Shown: positions 63,436 through 64,000 of the stretch, one piece after another | How positions within the stretch are numbered: the first letter of the stretch is position 1 | Layout: each line of letters starts with the position of its first letter | Assembly (NCBI GenBank): GCA_049802875.1 | Contig: JBARNH010000054.1 | Location: 12,393-76,392 of the forward strand | From: Thermoplasmata archaeon | Lineage (GTDB): Archaea > Thermoplasmatota > Thermoplasmata > Lutacidiplasmatales > UBA184 | Direction of reading: 5' to 3' | Length of the DNA: 64,000 nt | Program-made: the position numbers and the translations under genes | Notes under the pieces: model-generated | What the model was told of the DNA's origin: nothing | What the model saw: only the letters and a program-made list of their open reading frames with translations | Databases searched by the model: none

Positions 63436-64000
63436 GTGAGACGGACGAACTCGGACCCGGATTGGGGCGAGTGGTTGCGCCGGTGGGATGCGCAGCAAGA
63501 GTCGTTCAATCCGGAGCGCGAACGTCGGTTCTCCGCGATGTTCGATGTGGTCGAAGCGAAGGTCGGCCGACGGTTCGTGGCGCTGGACCTGGGATCGGGC
63601 CCGGGTTCGCTGAGCGCCCGACTTCTCCGACGGTTTCCTCGAGCACGCTGCGTGGCGGTCGATTTCGATCCCGTGGCCCTGCGGGTCGGACAGGGCGCGC
63701 TCGGATCGTTCGGAGGACGACTGCGCTGGGTCGACACGCGACTCGGAAGATCCGGATGGACCGATCAGCTACCGGCCGGGCGGTACGACGCCGTGCTCTC
63801 GACGACCGCCCTCCATTGGCTGGCAGCAGCGGACCTGCGGCAGCTGTACCGAGACCTCTACGGACGGATGCGCAAGGGGGGAGTTTTTCTCGACGGGGAC
63901 CGTCTTTCATGGGGGGTGAGGCACCGCGAGCTCTCCCGGTTGGCGGAATCAGTGCGTCGCCTCCGTTTCCGCGGGGCCAGTCTCGACTCGGAGTGGGCTG
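63436..64000 (+). CDS. class I SAM-dependent methyltransferase, N-terminal part (runs off the right edge)
   Basis: My own translation from GTG 63436 (an in-frame TGA lies at 63409) gives ...RRFVALDLGSGPGSLSARLLRRFPRARCVAVDFDPVAL...YDAVLSTTALHWL...GGVFLDGD, which contains SAM-binding motifs I-III. It is missing from the ORF track because there is no stop in the window. Confidence 0.75.
   Translation, partial: MRRTNSDPDWGEWLRRWDAQQESFNPERERRFSAMFDVVEAKVGRRFVALDLGSGPGSLSARLLRRFPRARCVAVDFDPVALRVGQGALGSFGGRLRWVDTRLGRSGWTDQLPAGRYDAVLSTTALHWLAAADLRQLYRDLYGRMRKGGVFLDGDRLSWGVRHRELSRLAESVRRLRFRGASLDSEWA

Overview
A very GC-rich, densely packed archaeal chromosomal segment with about 65 protein genes and 3 tRNAs. 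I saw no rRNA, CRISPR array or clear mobile element. Archaeal hallmarks include the thermosome, RpoF, L21e, Pus10, DUF655, KsgA/Dim1, Nop5, NAC, Dph2, a PAC2-type proteasome chaperone and XerA. A class II HMG-CoA reductase, GyrB, GrpE and a UDP-sulfoquinovose synthase suggest a Thermoplasmatota-like lineage, but that is inference only. Most long ORFs in the supplied track are antisense or out-of-frame artefacts of the high GC content (Arg/Pro/Gly-rich), and I rejected them. Many track ORFs also carry spurious N-terminal extensions, which I trimmed using family knowledge, 4-nt stop/start overlaps and TATA-like boxes. Two genome-style features recur: TATA-like boxes about 21-32 nt upstream of start codons (leaderless mRNAs), and ATGA/GTGA/TTGA overlaps linking functionally unrelated genes. 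The items most worth a second look are:
(1) a four-CBS protein with a C-terminal HPF/YfiA-like domain, translationally coupled to NAC;
(2) a fused heme-copper oxidase subunit I-II with every CuA ligand replaced, sitting inside the conserved rpl21e-rpoF-DUF655-ksgA neighbourhood;
(3) a sedolisin (S53) plus hydroxyproline-epimerase cluster;
(4) a leaderless operon built around a MEDS-domain protein;
(5) a sulfoquinovose glycan cluster;
(6) an intergenic hairpin followed by T6 that may mark a small RNA.
All functional calls come from reading the translations by eye. No searches were run.
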